Positions 35,643 to 45,446 are shown, counted from the first letter of the stretch. The stretch: DNA of 47,958 bases from a virus (IMGVR_UViG_3300037478_000109:1-47958), one strand, 5' to 3'. The notes: a model not told the origin generated them from the sequence alone. Numbers and translations are program-made.

Positions 35643-35849
35643 CTAGAAGAACCCCAAGATCCACGAGACCGCGCCCGCGACGAAGGCGCTCGCGCCGAGG
35701 AGCCAGCCGCGGCTGACCTCCAGCGAGCGCACCCTGTCCGAGATGGCGCGGACGTACGTCTTCGTGTCCGCGGCGTCGGTCGCGACGGACTCCAGCTTCT
35801 CCTCAATGCGGCCGAGTGACCGCTCCACCTTCAGCTCCCAGTCCCTCAT
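35643..35849 (-). CDS. Coiled-coil + C-terminal TM lysis-module protein (XhlA-like)
   Basis: LGRIEEKLE...RVRSLE then a TM helix; upstream of the holin. Confidence 0.7.
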   Translation of the reverse strand: MRDWELKVERSLGRIEEKLESVATDAADTKTYVRAISDRVRSLEVSRGWLLGASAFVAGAVSWILGFF

Positions 35850-36499
35850 AGCAGGTTACACACTGCCGACGTGCTGCTGCTGGCCGGGCTGTAGGTTTCG
35901 GGTGAGACGTCGTTGTACTTGACCTGGTACCGATAGCCGGAGCCGCTCGTCTCCGAGCGGTTGATGACCGTGGTCCCGGCCGTCACCCCACTATCCACAG
36001 TCGCGAAGGCGCCCCCATTGACGCTTCGCTGGAGCGTCATCAGGGACGAGCCCGCGGATACCATCTGGATACGCAGATTGACGGGCGACCCGACCGAGCA
36101 TGAGTCCGGGTTCGTCGTCTGGGTCACGGACGTGATCTCGGGGAACAGTTCCTCCCCGGGCTCGGGGTCGCCGCCCCCGCCCGTGAACAGTGCCACCACC
36201 CACGCGCTGAACTGTCCGTTCTTGGCGTGGCGGACCCACCAGAACCCCTGACTCGTGGAGCCCGTCTCGTACGACGTGGCGCCGGCCGCCGCCGTCGCGA
36301 CGATGTCGCCCGACGAGGGCGACGCGCCACCGGTGAGGGCAATCTGCGTGCTGGCCGTGACGTCGCCCGAGACCCACTGGACCCCGACGAGGTTGCCACT
36401 GTACGGGTACGCCGAGGCGTTCGAGGGGGCGCCGTCCGGCCCCTCCCCCGCCCCGACAGTGTGCTGGGCCGCGCCCAGCATGGCGAGTGCGGGGAGCAC
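35846..36499 (-). CDS. Tail-associated protein with two FN3/Ig-like domains
   Basis: GTG 36499 overlapping the upstream stop; LQRSVNGGAFATV...YRYQVKY; Ser/Thr/Gly-rich. Confidence 0.65.
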   Translation of the reverse strand: MLPALAMLGAAQHTVGAGEGPDGAPSNASAYPYSGNLVGVQWVSGDVTASTQIALTGGASPSSGDIVATAAAGATSYETGSTSQGFWWVRHAKNGQFSAWVVALFTGGGGDPEPGEELFPEITSVTQTTNPDSCSVGSPVNLRIQMVSAGSSLMTLQRSVNGGAFATVDSGVTAGTTVINRSETSGSGYRYQVKYNDVSPETYSPASSSTSAVCNLL

Positions 36500-37044
36500 T
36501 AGCTGGAGTCCTCCATCGCGAGCGCCCCGCGCCAGGTCGTCCCGGCGTCGCGCGTGAAGAGCGTCAAGATGTCCACCCCGCCCGAGGTCAGAGACGGCTG
36601 GGTTCCGTTGGGCCACCGGACGGAGCCGGGCCACGTCACCGAGTGGGCGCCCGTGCTCGTCAGCTCCAGGACGATGAACACGCCGTCCGCCGGGACGTTC
36701 GTGAACGAGATCGTGATGTCGTCGTCGAGCGTGCCGAAGAAGAAGTTGCCCGCGTCCAGGTCGAGCTGGACCGCGCCGTCGAGCGCGGACCCGAGGTCCA
36801 CCAGCTCGTACCGGGCCGTCAGGACGTCGATCTCACCGGTGAAGACGCCGCCCGCCTTTGGCATGGCCGCGTCCGCCGTCGTCTGGGTGTCGCCGAGGAT
36901 CGTGTCGATACTGCCGTTCGGGGCGGCGCCCGCGCTGGCGGACTCGCCGAAGATCTCGCGGAGGATCGCGCCCCAGTTGCCGGAGTCCCCGAGGTTGTTC
37001 GGGATGTTCCAGCCGAAGTTGCTGGTTGGGTCTTGGACGGCCAT
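36499..37044 (-). CDS. Short tail fibre/adaptor protein
   Basis: N-terminal anchor PTSNFGWNIP...SGNWG; C-terminal domain LDLDAGNFF...VTWPGSVRWPNGTQPSLT...DAGTTWRG. Confidence 0.72.
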   Translation of the reverse strand: MAVQDPTSNFGWNIPNNLGDSGNWGAILREIFGESASAGAAPNGSIDTILGDTQTTADAAMPKAGGVFTGEIDVLTARYELVDLGSALDGAVQLDLDAGNFFFGTLDDDITISFTNVPADGVFIVLELTSTGAHSVTWPGSVRWPNGTQPSLTSGGVDILTLFTRDAGTTWRGALAMEDSS

Positions 37045-37049
37045 TCGTC

Positions 37050-37667
37050 TTATCCGATCGGGGTGAACTGGCGACGGAGCGAACCGCCGTACTGCTCCCG
37101 CTGCGTCGCGTCAGAGAGCTGTTCGAGCGCCCGCTGGTAGATGGCGTCCCACACGGCGAGGCGTGTGTCGTCCCGCAGCATGGGCGCGCTGAACCGGGCG
37201 GCGCCGTACTTGTAGATGTCGGGCCGGGTCAGGAGGAGCCAGTTAGTCGTGTTCGACGTGCTGAGGGGCGTAAGGCTGCGCCAGTACGTCATCTTGGTCG
37301 AGTACGTCCCGTCCGGGGCCGGCGCGAACCGTGCCTTGCCGTCAGTGATCGCGGCGTACGCCGGGACGCCGCTCGCGCCGCACCGGAGCTTGAGCTCCGG
37401 GATCTGGTTCGCAGACACGATCTCGATCGGGCCGTAGTACGACGAACCATCGTGGTACCAGGACTCGATCTGCGTGAGGTCCGACGGCAGCGACATCCCG
37501 TCACCGCTCACACTGAGCGTGCCGCGGTCCGTCAGCTTGCGGGCGCGGTCGTCGTCCCGTAGCTCCGACTCCACGTCCTGGATGAAGCCTTTGATGGCGT
37601 CGGTGAGGTCCGTACGGTTCAGGAGCGTCGCGATAGCGGCCTGGAGCGAGGCGTAGTCGGTAATCAC
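37050..37667 (-). CDS. Head-to-tail adaptor (tail tubular protein A-like)
   Basis: ITDYASLQAAIATLLNRTDLT, LPSD, NTTNWLL..PDIYKYGA. Confidence 0.8.
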   Translation of the reverse strand: MITDYASLQAAIATLLNRTDLTDAIKGFIQDVESELRDDDRARKLTDRGTLSVSGDGMSLPSDLTQIESWYHDGSSYYGPIEIVSANQIPELKLRCGASGVPAYAAITDGKARFAPAPDGTYSTKMTYWRSLTPLSTSNTTNWLLLTRPDIYKYGAARFSAPMLRDDTRLAVWDAIYQRALEQLSDATQREQYGGSLRRQFTPIG

Positions 37668-38296
37668 TGCGTGTCCTCGTGGTGCGCCTCAGCGTGGGCG
37701 CACAGGAACGTGAAGTTGCCAATGTGTCCGCACGCGCGGCTCAGGTCGTGGTCCACAAAGGGTGGGGCGCCCGCGTCCTTCAGGAGCCCACAGAAGTAGA
37801 CGTCCTCGCCGATGTCGTCGCCGGCCTCAGTCCGGTCGAACCAGAACCACGGCCTGTCCGCGGGTAGGCGGCCGAGGATGGCGGTTTCGATAAGGCACGC
37901 ACCGAAGCCGATGGAGTCTACCTTCTCCAAGCCCCGGGACTCGCGGCTCGTGACGAGAAGCTCTCCAGCCTTGGCCGCGGTGAACGTCGGGGGGAACTCG
38001 CGCCGGGAGTAGTTGATCCCGACGAAGGGCTTCCCGTGATCGAGGAGCCGGACGAACGTGTCCGGGGGGAAGCGCATGTCCGAGTCCAGGAACAGCGCGT
38101 AGTGCGCGCCGTCCGCGACCGCCTGCCGCAGCAGGGACTCGCGGGCCTGGTGGACGTACGTCCCGACCTCGAAATAGAGGCCTACCTCCGCGCCCTCACC
38201 GAACGACGCGACCGTGTGCGCCTGCATCTGCGCCAGGTCGTACGCGAAGAGGGCGGGGGCGTAGTCGTGCGTGGGGACCAGCACCGCGATCCTCAC
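37664..38296 (-). CDS. GT-A fold (family 2-like) glycosyltransferase
   Basis: RIAVLVPT, ARESL, LFLDSDM (DxD), GFGACLI, GEDVYFC, GHIG; GTGA start at 38296. Confidence 0.82.
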   Translation of the reverse strand: MRIAVLVPTHDYAPALFAYDLAQMQAHTVASFGEGAEVGLYFEVGTYVHQARESLLRQAVADGAHYALFLDSDMRFPPDTFVRLLDHGKPFVGINYSRREFPPTFTAAKAGELLVTSRESRGLEKVDSIGFGACLIETAILGRLPADRPWFWFDRTEAGDDIGEDVYFCGLLKDAGAPPFVDHDLSRACGHIGNFTFLCAHAEAHHEDTQ

Positions 38297-38604
38297 GCGA
38301 GCCTCCCCGGGTGGATCTTGAACGCCCGGTTGTCTGGGTCCTGGAGCCACCGCAGGAGCGCCTTGTCGTCGAAAGCGATGCCCTTGCGCACCAGCTCGTC
38401 CCAGATCACGGCCGGGATGCGGCCCGCGAACGAGCCCCACTCACCGTGGGGGTCCCTGGCGCTCGTGAAGTGACGCCGCATCTGTTCGTTGGCGTCGAGG
38501 ACCGGCTGGATGTCCTGCTGCGAATGAAGCACGTACGAGTCGTCGTGCTCGGACTCGTGGATCAGTACCCGCTTCCTGCGGACGGGGTCGGCCTTCAACA
38601 GCAT
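38293..38604 (-). CDS. Hypothetical protein in the capsid module
   Basis: QDIQPVLDAN...GRIPAV...RWLQDPDNRAFK; GAGGAG RBS, ATG 38604. Confidence 0.75.
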   Translation of the reverse strand: MLLKADPVRRKRVLIHESEHDDSYVLHSQQDIQPVLDANEQMRRHFTSARDPHGEWGSFAGRIPAVIWDELVRKGIAFDDKALLRWLQDPDNRAFKIHPGRLA

Positions 38605-38713
38605 GAGGTACTCCTCGTGTGGGGTACGCTGGAGTTGACGAAGCCGGGTACCCTCACCACCCTGGGCCCCACACAACCCGTAGGGTCCCGGCCCGCCAAC
38701 TCTCAGTACAGCG

Positions 38714-39211
38714 TTAGTCCGACTGAGGCGTCAGACGCTTCAGCTCCAGCAACAGCTCCGCGTTGATCTGGTTCAGGTCGAACAGACTGTCGAAGAACGC
38801 GCCGATGTCGCCCGCGCCGTTCTCCAGCGTGGCGTTGTCCACCGCCGCGGCCGACGTTCCGACTGTCAGCGGGATCAGGTTGCCCTGGGTCCCCGGCAGG
38901 AGCGCGTAGATCGTGAGCGTGTTGTCGCCCTCCACGGCCCAGACGCGCGGGTTGCGCGTCATGGCCGCGGCGTACTGCACGCCCGAACCCGCAGGGTCCA
39001 GGTTGATCGCGGCCACGATGTTCGCGATCGAGAGCTGGTGGGCCCCCGCGGCGCCGAGTTGCACGTCCCCGTCGCTGGAGCCCAGCGTGGCGTTGAACGT
39101 GTACGTCTTGCCGGCGATGACTAGGGTCTCGCCCTCGGTGATGTCCGCGTCCGCGTCGATCGTGTAGAACGAGCTGGCGTGGACGAGGTCTCCCCCTCCA
39201 ATACTTGCCAT
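38714..39211 (-). CDS. Putative capsid decoration/structural protein
   Basis: Immediately after the MCP; GETLVIAGKTYTF...NIVAAIN...TLTIYA..PGTQGN beta-rich domain. Confidence 0.65.
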   Translation of the reverse strand: MASIGGGDLVHASSFYTIDADADITEGETLVIAGKTYTFNATLGSSDGDVQLGAAGAHQLSIANIVAAINLDPAGSGVQYAAAMTRNPRVWAVEGDNTLTIYALLPGTQGNLIPLTVGTSAAAVDNATLENGAGDIGAFFDSLFDLNQINAELLLELKRLTPQSD

Positions 39212-39241
39212 TGTCGTGCCCCTCCCTGGGGCTCAGGTGAG

Positions 39242-39265
39242 CCCGGGGGCCTTACGGCCCCCAGG
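39242..39265 (-). terminator. GNRA-capped hairpin after the MCP (attenuator or mRNA stabiliser)
   Basis: CCTGGGGGCC-GTAA-GGCCCCCGGG followed by a second stem GGGCTCA/TGAGCCC; no U-tract. Confidence 0.5.
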
Positions 39266-39284
39266 CGTCACCAGTCAGGTTGGG

Positions 39285-40256
39285 TTACGAGGTGGTCAGG
39301 TCGAACGCGGCCCCGAGCGCCTTCTCGTTGAGAACGGCGAGCGTAAGCTCCGCGAGGACCATCTTCTGCATGGAGTCACCGGTCTTCGCCAGCTTCTCCG
39401 TGTGGAACGGCCGGAGGTAGCGCAGCTCGGCGAACTCCGGGTTGAGGAACCAGGCATCCCGCTCGCGCTGGATGCGGTTCGGCAGCACGCGCACGGTCCC
39501 GAAGTCGGACACGTACACGTCGATCGACGCAATCGCGGCGGTTGGGCGCGGATCGACATTGCTGATGTCGAAGTTCCGCGTCACGATGCCTGAGAACGTG
39601 CTGGAGACCACCTGCTTGTTGAACGGCCCGACCATGAGCACGCTGAACTTCGCGCCACTCGCGTAGCCCGCCGCGAAAACGTTCTTCGCGATGGTCTCGG
39701 TGAACGCACGCTGCGTCCCGTCGCCCCGGGTCGCGCCCGGCACGCCAGACGTGTACGTCGGGTCGGTCCCGTCGCCCGCCTTGTCCACGTTGGTCTTCAG
39801 CCAGCACTGGAGCGCGGCGAACTTCCGCGCTACGCCCGCGCTGCCCCCATCGGGCGCCTGCGCCTGCGTCACCGCCCACTCCAGGTCGGTGCGGATCTCA
39901 ACGCCGCGCTTCATGATCTGGTACGCCATCTCGCTCTTGCGCCCGGCCTTGTCCACCGCCTCGATCGTGCCAGAGACGGAGGCCGTCTCGCGAACGATCT
40001 GGGTGTAGTTGCCGACACGGACCGTCGCGGACGGCGTGGTATACGCCGCGGCGTCACCCTCGATGTGGGCGTTCGAGCCGGCCGAACGGAACTCGTCCGT
40101 CTGCCACTCTTCCAGCGTCTGCTTTGCCTTCGGACCGACACCGAACATGGACACCATCGGCGTATCCGACGGGTCCACGTTGTAGATGCGCTCCTGGAGG
40201 GACTCCCTCAATCCCTGCCTATCGTACCGCTGAACGGTACCGGAAACCACAGCCAT
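39285..40256 (-). CDS. Major capsid protein (DUF5309/SU10-like)
   Basis: GLRESL...DTP...EWQTD...EG...GNYTQI...AGRKSEMAYQ...YVSDFG...LAKTGDS...ELTL. Confidence 0.92.
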   Translation of the reverse strand: MAVVSGTVQRYDRQGLRESLQERIYNVDPSDTPMVSMFGVGPKAKQTLEEWQTDEFRSAGSNAHIEGDAAAYTTPSATVRVGNYTQIVRETASVSGTIEAVDKAGRKSEMAYQIMKRGVEIRTDLEWAVTQAQAPDGGSAGVARKFAALQCWLKTNVDKAGDGTDPTYTSGVPGATRGDGTQRAFTETIAKNVFAAGYASGAKFSVLMVGPFNKQVVSSTFSGIVTRNFDISNVDPRPTAAIASIDVYVSDFGTVRVLPNRIQRERDAWFLNPEFAELRYLRPFHTEKLAKTGDSMQKMVLAELTLAVLNEKALGAAFDLTTS

Positions 40257-40289
40257 GGTACTCCCCTTTTCCCCACCCGGCCGCCACCC

Positions 40290-41384
40290 CTAGAGGAGGT
40301 CGTCTCCGAGTTCTGATTCCAGTTGACGTGCGTGGTCGCGCAGAGTGCGCGGCCCGCTTTCCCGAGCCATATTCTGCGTTCGCTTCTTGCCCCGACGCGT
40401 AGACGTGTTCCGAGAGCCCGGCCCCAGCCTGCGGGCCTTCTTCTTCTTGCCTTCGAGCGTCTTCTTGGCGGTGCTGGTACGGTCGCGGGCGAGCTTGTTC
40501 TCCCGGAGCATCAGCAACAGGCGGTGGTCCACCACACTGTCGAGCTGCTCCTGCGAGAAGCCGTACTCGGAGATGGCGAACTGAGCCAGTTCCCCCAGCT
40601 CCTTCGCCGCGGTCTCCGGGCTGGCGCCCCACTCGGGCACCTTCTCGAAGAGCTTCCCGCGCTCCTGCTCCACGATCCCGGAGCGCATCTCCAGCAACTC
40701 TTGCTGGCGCGACTCGTCGATCGTGCCCCGTTCCGTGCCGACTGCCTGAAGCTGCTGCTGGAACTCTTCGTACTCCGCCCTCTGGGCGGCGTACTCGCCG
40801 GGGTTCTTGCGTCTCAGATCCGCGTCCGGCTTCTGCGGACCCGTGGACTCCAGAACCTCGTTGAGCTTCTCCAGCTTCGCGTCGTACTGCTCACGAACGC
40901 CGCGCAAGCTCTCCATCGCTGACGCATGTTCCGCCGCGTCGCGCTGTCTCTTGCGCGTGTAGTCCGCCGTGCGACTGTAGCCGGCCTTCAGCTCGTCGAG
41001 GGGTACCTGGGCCTTCTCCCCACCGGGGAGCGTGACCTCAATCAGGTCCTCGCCGTCGTCCTCTTCCGATTCCTCGTCGTCCTCGGCGTCGTCCTCAGCT
41101 TCCTCGTCCTCGGGCTCCTCGTCCTCGAAGTCATCGTCCTCGACTTCCAGTGACTCGGTATCCTCTGACTCGTCGTCCTCGGACTCCGCGGGCTCCTGCT
41201 TCGGCTCCGCGGCTGGCTCGCTCTCGCCTTCCGGTTCGTCCCAGTCGTCGAAGTCGACGTCCTCGGACTCCATGGCATCGAACAAGCTTTGGCCGGCGTC
41301 CTCCGCCGAACTTCCTCGCCTCTCGTGAGGCAAGAGGAACTCTTCGGCACTGCCGACCTGTTCTGCCTGCGACTTCGCGGGCAT
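40290..41384 (-). CDS. Scaffolding protein
   Basis: Very acidic N-half, VPLDELKAGYSRTADYTRK, coiled coil, DHR, basic tail; between portal and MCP. Confidence 0.85.
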   Translation of the reverse strand: MPAKSQAEQVGSAEEFLLPHERRGSSAEDAGQSLFDAMESEDVDFDDWDEPEGESEPAAEPKQEPAESEDDESEDTESLEVEDDDFEDEEPEDEEAEDDAEDDEESEEDDGEDLIEVTLPGGEKAQVPLDELKAGYSRTADYTRKRQRDAAEHASAMESLRGVREQYDAKLEKLNEVLESTGPQKPDADLRRKNPGEYAAQRAEYEEFQQQLQAVGTERGTIDESRQQELLEMRSGIVEQERGKLFEKVPEWGASPETAAKELGELAQFAISEYGFSQEQLDSVVDHRLLLMLRENKLARDRTSTAKKTLEGKKKKARRLGPGSRNTSTRRGKKRTQNMARESGPRTLRDHARQLESELGDDLL

Positions 41385-41394
41385 TGCGACCTCC

Positions 41395-41438
41395 AAGATA
41401 GTGGGTGAAAGTCCCCCGGACTATGACCCCACGGACAA
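41395..41438 (-). promoter_or_regulatory. Putative late promoter 2: TTGTCCGTGGGGTCATAG-N20-TATCTT
   Basis: Fills the intergenic gap upstream of scaffold/MCP; matches 3582-3625. Confidence 0.65.
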
Positions 41439-41442
41439 GGTG

Positions 41443-41718
41443 TTACGCCTCGTCCATCAGTCGTATAGCCTCCCGGGCGACTATGCCGTTCTGTTGGATC
41501 TCGTAGAACGAGTCCATCAGTCGCTCAAGGGCCCGGCCTTCGGCCCTCGCCTCCTCCCGTATCGCGACGCACGCGCCGCCCATGCAATCCTCGTAGAGCC
41601 GGGCCCGGGTGATCGTGAGCGCGGTCTGCATCACGTCACTCTCCAGGAACCGGCCCATCTCCTCGCCCCGCGCCACGAGCACGCGGAGACTGTCAACCGT
41701 GTGTGGGGTGTCCATCAT
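41443..41718 (-). CDS. Small helical protein downstream of portal
   Basis: ATGA coupling to the portal; usual podoviral position. Confidence 0.7.
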   Translation of the reverse strand: MMDTPHTVDSLRVLVARGEEMGRFLESDVMQTALTITRARLYEDCMGGACVAIREEARAEGRALERLMDSFYEIQQNGIVAREAIRLMDEA

Positions 41719-43949
41719 GCCTCCGGTGTGGTCTGGGCCGACGCCGTGGCCTGGGCCTTGCCGACCTCGCGCTTCACGTCCGCGTCGAGCCGGACCCGGT
41801 CGGCGTCGATCTTGGCCCTCAGCTCGGCGTCATGGATCTGGGCCTTGTTCTTCAGCTCGATCTCGTACTCCTTCAGGACCATCGTGCGGGCCAACTCGTC
41901 CCGCTTCCGGTCCTCCTCCATCTGGGCCTTCCACTGTTCCAGCTGGAGCTTCATCTGCTGGACCTGGGCGTCTGTCTCGGCCCGCATCTTCTCGACCTCG
42001 ACCAGCGCCATCTGTGGGTCGCTCGGGGGCTGCTGGGCCTGCTGCTGCTCGAACTGCTGCTGCTGCTCGGGGCCCCACGGGCGCCAGAACTGGTTCGTGT
42101 CGCGGTACCCGAGGAGGTCCGTCATCTTGCCGTACGTGTGGCGCAGCTCGGAGAAGCTCACGAGCGGCGAGCCGCTCTGTATGTGGGCCTCCTGCTTCTC
42201 CGCGAGGGCCATCAGGCCCTCCAGACGCTCCCGCTTCGAGCCGGTGCCGAGCGCGACGTTGATCTTGACGTCCCGATCGGCGTGCCAGCTCCGCGGGTCC
42301 ACCTGGACCCACTCGTTGCGCAGTCGCACGACCTCGGCGTGGTTCTGGTTCTCAATGACTGTCTTCAGAATGCCCTTGAACATCTGCGTCATGCCGATCT
42401 CGGCGTACGCGCGGGCGGTCATCAGGATTCGGCGCTGGCCCTTGCTCAGGTTGCTAGCCACGGCCTCCCTGGTCGTGCTCTGGAGCACGTTGGGGTCGAG
42501 ACCCTCCCTCGGGCCCGCCTGGCCGGTTCGGTCGCCCTTCAGGGCGTCGTAGTACGCCAGGACGTCGAGCGTCTCGGCCCCGACGAACGTCGTCTTGATC
42601 TCCCGGATGGAGTTGTTGACGTCGCCCTTGACGCGCACGATGCCGCTGACCTCCGGGTTCAGGAGGTCGCCCATGTTGACGGCCCGGTCCGCGATTGCGA
42701 GCTGCGGCTCCACGGCCTGGGCCAGCGAGTTGAGCTGCGCCCGCTGAATGTCCGTCTTGATCCGCTGCACGTCCTTCGTGTGGACGTAGGTGCAGAGGCC
42801 CGGGATCGTGTGCGGCTCGGGCTCCGGCGTGAAGACCGCGATCGGGACGTGGGACACCAGCTCCCCAAGCGGGCGCTCCGGGTTGACTGTGAAGTCGGGC
42901 CCGACGAGCTGGTACATACGCAGCTCCGCCACCCCGTCCTCGTCCGCGTCCAGGAGCGCGTACGCCTCCGTGAAGAGGATTGCCTCCTGGGTCTCGTCGC
43001 GGACCTCCGCCTCGCCCCGGCGCATCCGCGACCGGACCGAGTCGCCGTAGAACTGGCGGGCCCACGCGAGTGAGCCGCCGGAGGCGGACATCGGCTCGCT
43101 CCGGCCCACGTTGTCCTCGATCAGGTCGTCCGGGATTCCGAGCATGACCAGCTCGTCGCGCGCCACCTCCCTGACGTGCGCCACGATCTGGGACTCCTCC
43201 AGCCGGCGGGCCGCGGGGGTCCAGACGATTTCCTCGTTCGGCACCGAGTCCACCCGGAGCCGGCCGCCCTTGATCGTGCGCCGGACCTCGCAGTCGTACA
43301 GCGCGCCCGGGGCGAGGACCGTCTGGCCCGTCTCGGGGTCGATCTCGGGGGTCATGCCCTCGTACTGGGCCAGGACCTCGTAATCGTCTACGTCCTCGTC
43401 CTCGGCCAGCACCTGGAGGTCGGTCTCGGTGATCCCGGTGTGCGTCTCGCCCTCGACCCGGGACGTGTGCTCCCACCGCCACTTGATGTAGCCCAGGAAC
43501 CGGGTGTCGGCGTCCTTGAACGCGTCACTGAGGATCAGGAACCCCGGGTTCTTCTCCCAGAACAGGTGGTTGATGTAGTCCGTCTGCTGCATCGAGACGG
43601 CCTCGTCCTCGGGGCCGGTCGGCTGAAACTCCACGACCGAGTCGGACCCGGCGAAGATCTCCAGAAGCTCCGGGATGCGGTCGAGCACGGCGTCCCGGAC
43701 GTCGGTCGAGACGACCTGGCTCCGGCCCTTCTTCTCGTTCCCGTACGGCCGGGCGAAGTACCGGTCGGTGGCCTCGGCCTGCTCCGGCTCGATGTGCTCG
43801 TTGTAGTGGTCGATCGCCTCGCGCATGAGGGCCTGGAGCGACGACTGGAGGTCGCGCTCGACCTCTGAGTCCCCGCCCTCTTCGTCCGGGGCGAACCCCA
43901 GGTCCGTGACCTCAGCCCCGAGCATCGGGTCCAGTTCCTTCCTCGGCAT
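41715..43949 (-). CDS. Portal protein
   Basis: YGNEKKGRSQVVSTDVRDAV, VEFQPTGPEDE, TDYINH, VRLRNEWVQVDPRSW; Gln-rich C-terminal coiled coil. Confidence 0.92.
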   Translation of the reverse strand: MPRKELDPMLGAEVTDLGFAPDEEGGDSEVERDLQSSLQALMREAIDHYNEHIEPEQAEATDRYFARPYGNEKKGRSQVVSTDVRDAVLDRIPELLEIFAGSDSVVEFQPTGPEDEAVSMQQTDYINHLFWEKNPGFLILSDAFKDADTRFLGYIKWRWEHTSRVEGETHTGITETDLQVLAEDEDVDDYEVLAQYEGMTPEIDPETGQTVLAPGALYDCEVRRTIKGGRLRVDSVPNEEIVWTPAARRLEESQIVAHVREVARDELVMLGIPDDLIEDNVGRSEPMSASGGSLAWARQFYGDSVRSRMRRGEAEVRDETQEAILFTEAYALLDADEDGVAELRMYQLVGPDFTVNPERPLGELVSHVPIAVFTPEPEPHTIPGLCTYVHTKDVQRIKTDIQRAQLNSLAQAVEPQLAIADRAVNMGDLLNPEVSGIVRVKGDVNNSIREIKTTFVGAETLDVLAYYDALKGDRTGQAGPREGLDPNVLQSTTREAVASNLSKGQRRILMTARAYAEIGMTQMFKGILKTVIENQNHAEVVRLRNEWVQVDPRSWHADRDVKINVALGTGSKRERLEGLMALAEKQEAHIQSGSPLVSFSELRHTYGKMTDLLGYRDTNQFWRPWGPEQQQQFEQQQAQQPPSDPQMALVEVEKMRAETDAQVQQMKLQLEQWKAQMEEDRKRDELARTMVLKEYEIELKNKAQIHDAELRAKIDADRVRLDADVKREVGKAQATASAQTTPEA

Positions 43950-43961
43950 CGGCCCGTCCCC

Positions 43962-45443
43962 TTACGCGATGTCCCGGCCGCGCGAGATGGGCTGGTTCCA
44001 GCCCTTCGCGCCCCAGTCGTCTGTTCCGTGAATGAGCGTCGCGGCGTCCGCGGCGAACGTCAGGCAGAACGCATCCGCCACGTCGGGGCTCTTGTAGCCC
44101 CGCTTTTTCATGTCCTTCTTCGACTCCGCCAGCACCTTCCCGGTGGAGGTCAGGTCGTACTTGATGACTGTCAGCTCGGACGCGAGGCGGTCGTGGAAGC
44201 AGTTCTCGCGGCTGATGCACGTCCCGTCACACATCGGGAGGACGTGGTCCTTCGTGCGGAGCCAGTCGGCCGCCTGGAACCACAGCTCCGTGCGGAGGTT
44301 GCGGTACTTGTCCGTGTGGACCGCGGCGGACTCGGAGACGTTGATCCCGCGGACCGGGAGCCCCTGCTCCCCCAGCCGGTCATTGACGCCGGCCCCGATC
44401 CCGATGACGTCCACCAGGATCTCCGAGGGACGGAAGCTCGGGAGCATGTCGTCCCACTTCCGCTTGACCTTCCCCGCGGTCTGCATGAGATCTTTGCCGC
44501 CCCACACGCCAATGTCGGGGAGGACCGCAATCGCGTTCCGGGAGACCAGCGCGTTCGAGTCGTCGCCGAAGTAGGCCACGTCGAGCCCCCACAGTGGGCG
44601 CAGGAAGGGCGGCACCTCGATGTCGCGCGTCCGGGCGCTCTCGACGTCGTCGAACGGGATGATCGTGTCCAGGTCCGACTTCGGGAACAGGCCTAGGCAC
44701 CGGACCCGGAAGGCGTTGCTGTCGCGCCCGTACCGGGCCGCCATGTCCTCCACGAACTGGTCCGTGACGCGGGCCGAGTCCTCGTGACTGACGCGGATCC
44801 GGACCCACTGCTCCTTGAGGCCCGGCCGGTGCCAGGTGTCGAAGAAGAGCCCGCTCGTCCGGGTCGGGTTGCTCAGAAGCATCGTCTGGCAGTTGCCGCC
44901 GGACATGGAGCCACCCGCGGACTCGAAAATCTTCTCGTGTACGCCGGTCGCCTCGTCAACGAGGATGAAGACCCACCCCTCGTCCTCGTGGATGCCCTGG
45001 AGCGCCTCCGGGTTCTCCGGACGCGCCGTCCGGGCCTCGAAGCTCGACCGCTGCGGGTGCCGCTTCAGCTCCACCGACATGCTCTTGACTTCCAACAGGG
45101 CCCGGAGGCCCGGCGGGAGCTTGTCCACCCACTTCGAGACTTCCTTCATCAGGGCGCCTTCGAGCTGGCCCCGGGAGGGGGCCGTGGCGACGGCCTTCAG
45201 CGGGAAACGGAAGAGGAGCGAGTAGACGATGCACCACGCCGCCACCGCCGTCTTACCGGGGCCGTGGCACGCAGCGATGGAAATCCCACGGGCCCCACCG
45301 CCGAACTCCCGGAGGGCACGGATCTGCCAGTCGTCCGGGGTGGCCCCCAGTACCTCTGTCACGAAGAGAGGGGGGCCCTCGGGGCCGGTGTGGATGCCGT
45401 ACCGCTCAACGAACGGCGCGAGGGGGTTGGACTGACTCGTCAC
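43962..45443 (-). CDS. terL: Terminase large subunit
   Basis: HGPGKT Walker A, LVDEA Walker B, SNPTR, GLDVA, SPDVADA. Confidence 0.95.
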   Translation of the reverse strand: MTSQSNPLAPFVERYGIHTGPEGPPLFVTEVLGATPDDWQIRALREFGGGARGISIAACHGPGKTAVAAWCIVYSLLFRFPLKAVATAPSRGQLEGALMKEVSKWVDKLPPGLRALLEVKSMSVELKRHPQRSSFEARTARPENPEALQGIHEDEGWVFILVDEATGVHEKIFESAGGSMSGGNCQTMLLSNPTRTSGLFFDTWHRPGLKEQWVRIRVSHEDSARVTDQFVEDMAARYGRDSNAFRVRCLGLFPKSDLDTIIPFDDVESARTRDIEVPPFLRPLWGLDVAYFGDDSNALVSRNAIAVLPDIGVWGGKDLMQTAGKVKRKWDDMLPSFRPSEILVDVIGIGAGVNDRLGEQGLPVRGINVSESAAVHTDKYRNLRTELWFQAADWLRTKDHVLPMCDGTCISRENCFHDRLASELTVIKYDLTSTGKVLAESKKDMKKRGYKSPDVADAFCLTFAADAATLIHGTDDWGAKGWNQPISRGRDIA

Positions 45444-45446
45444 GGG

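Noticed and set aside
20109-43482. Long alternative-frame ORFs such as 20109-21227, 25783-27048, 41703-43073 and 42454-43482
   Set aside because: Shadow ORFs of high-GC coding DNA overlapping well-supported genes, with no motifs.
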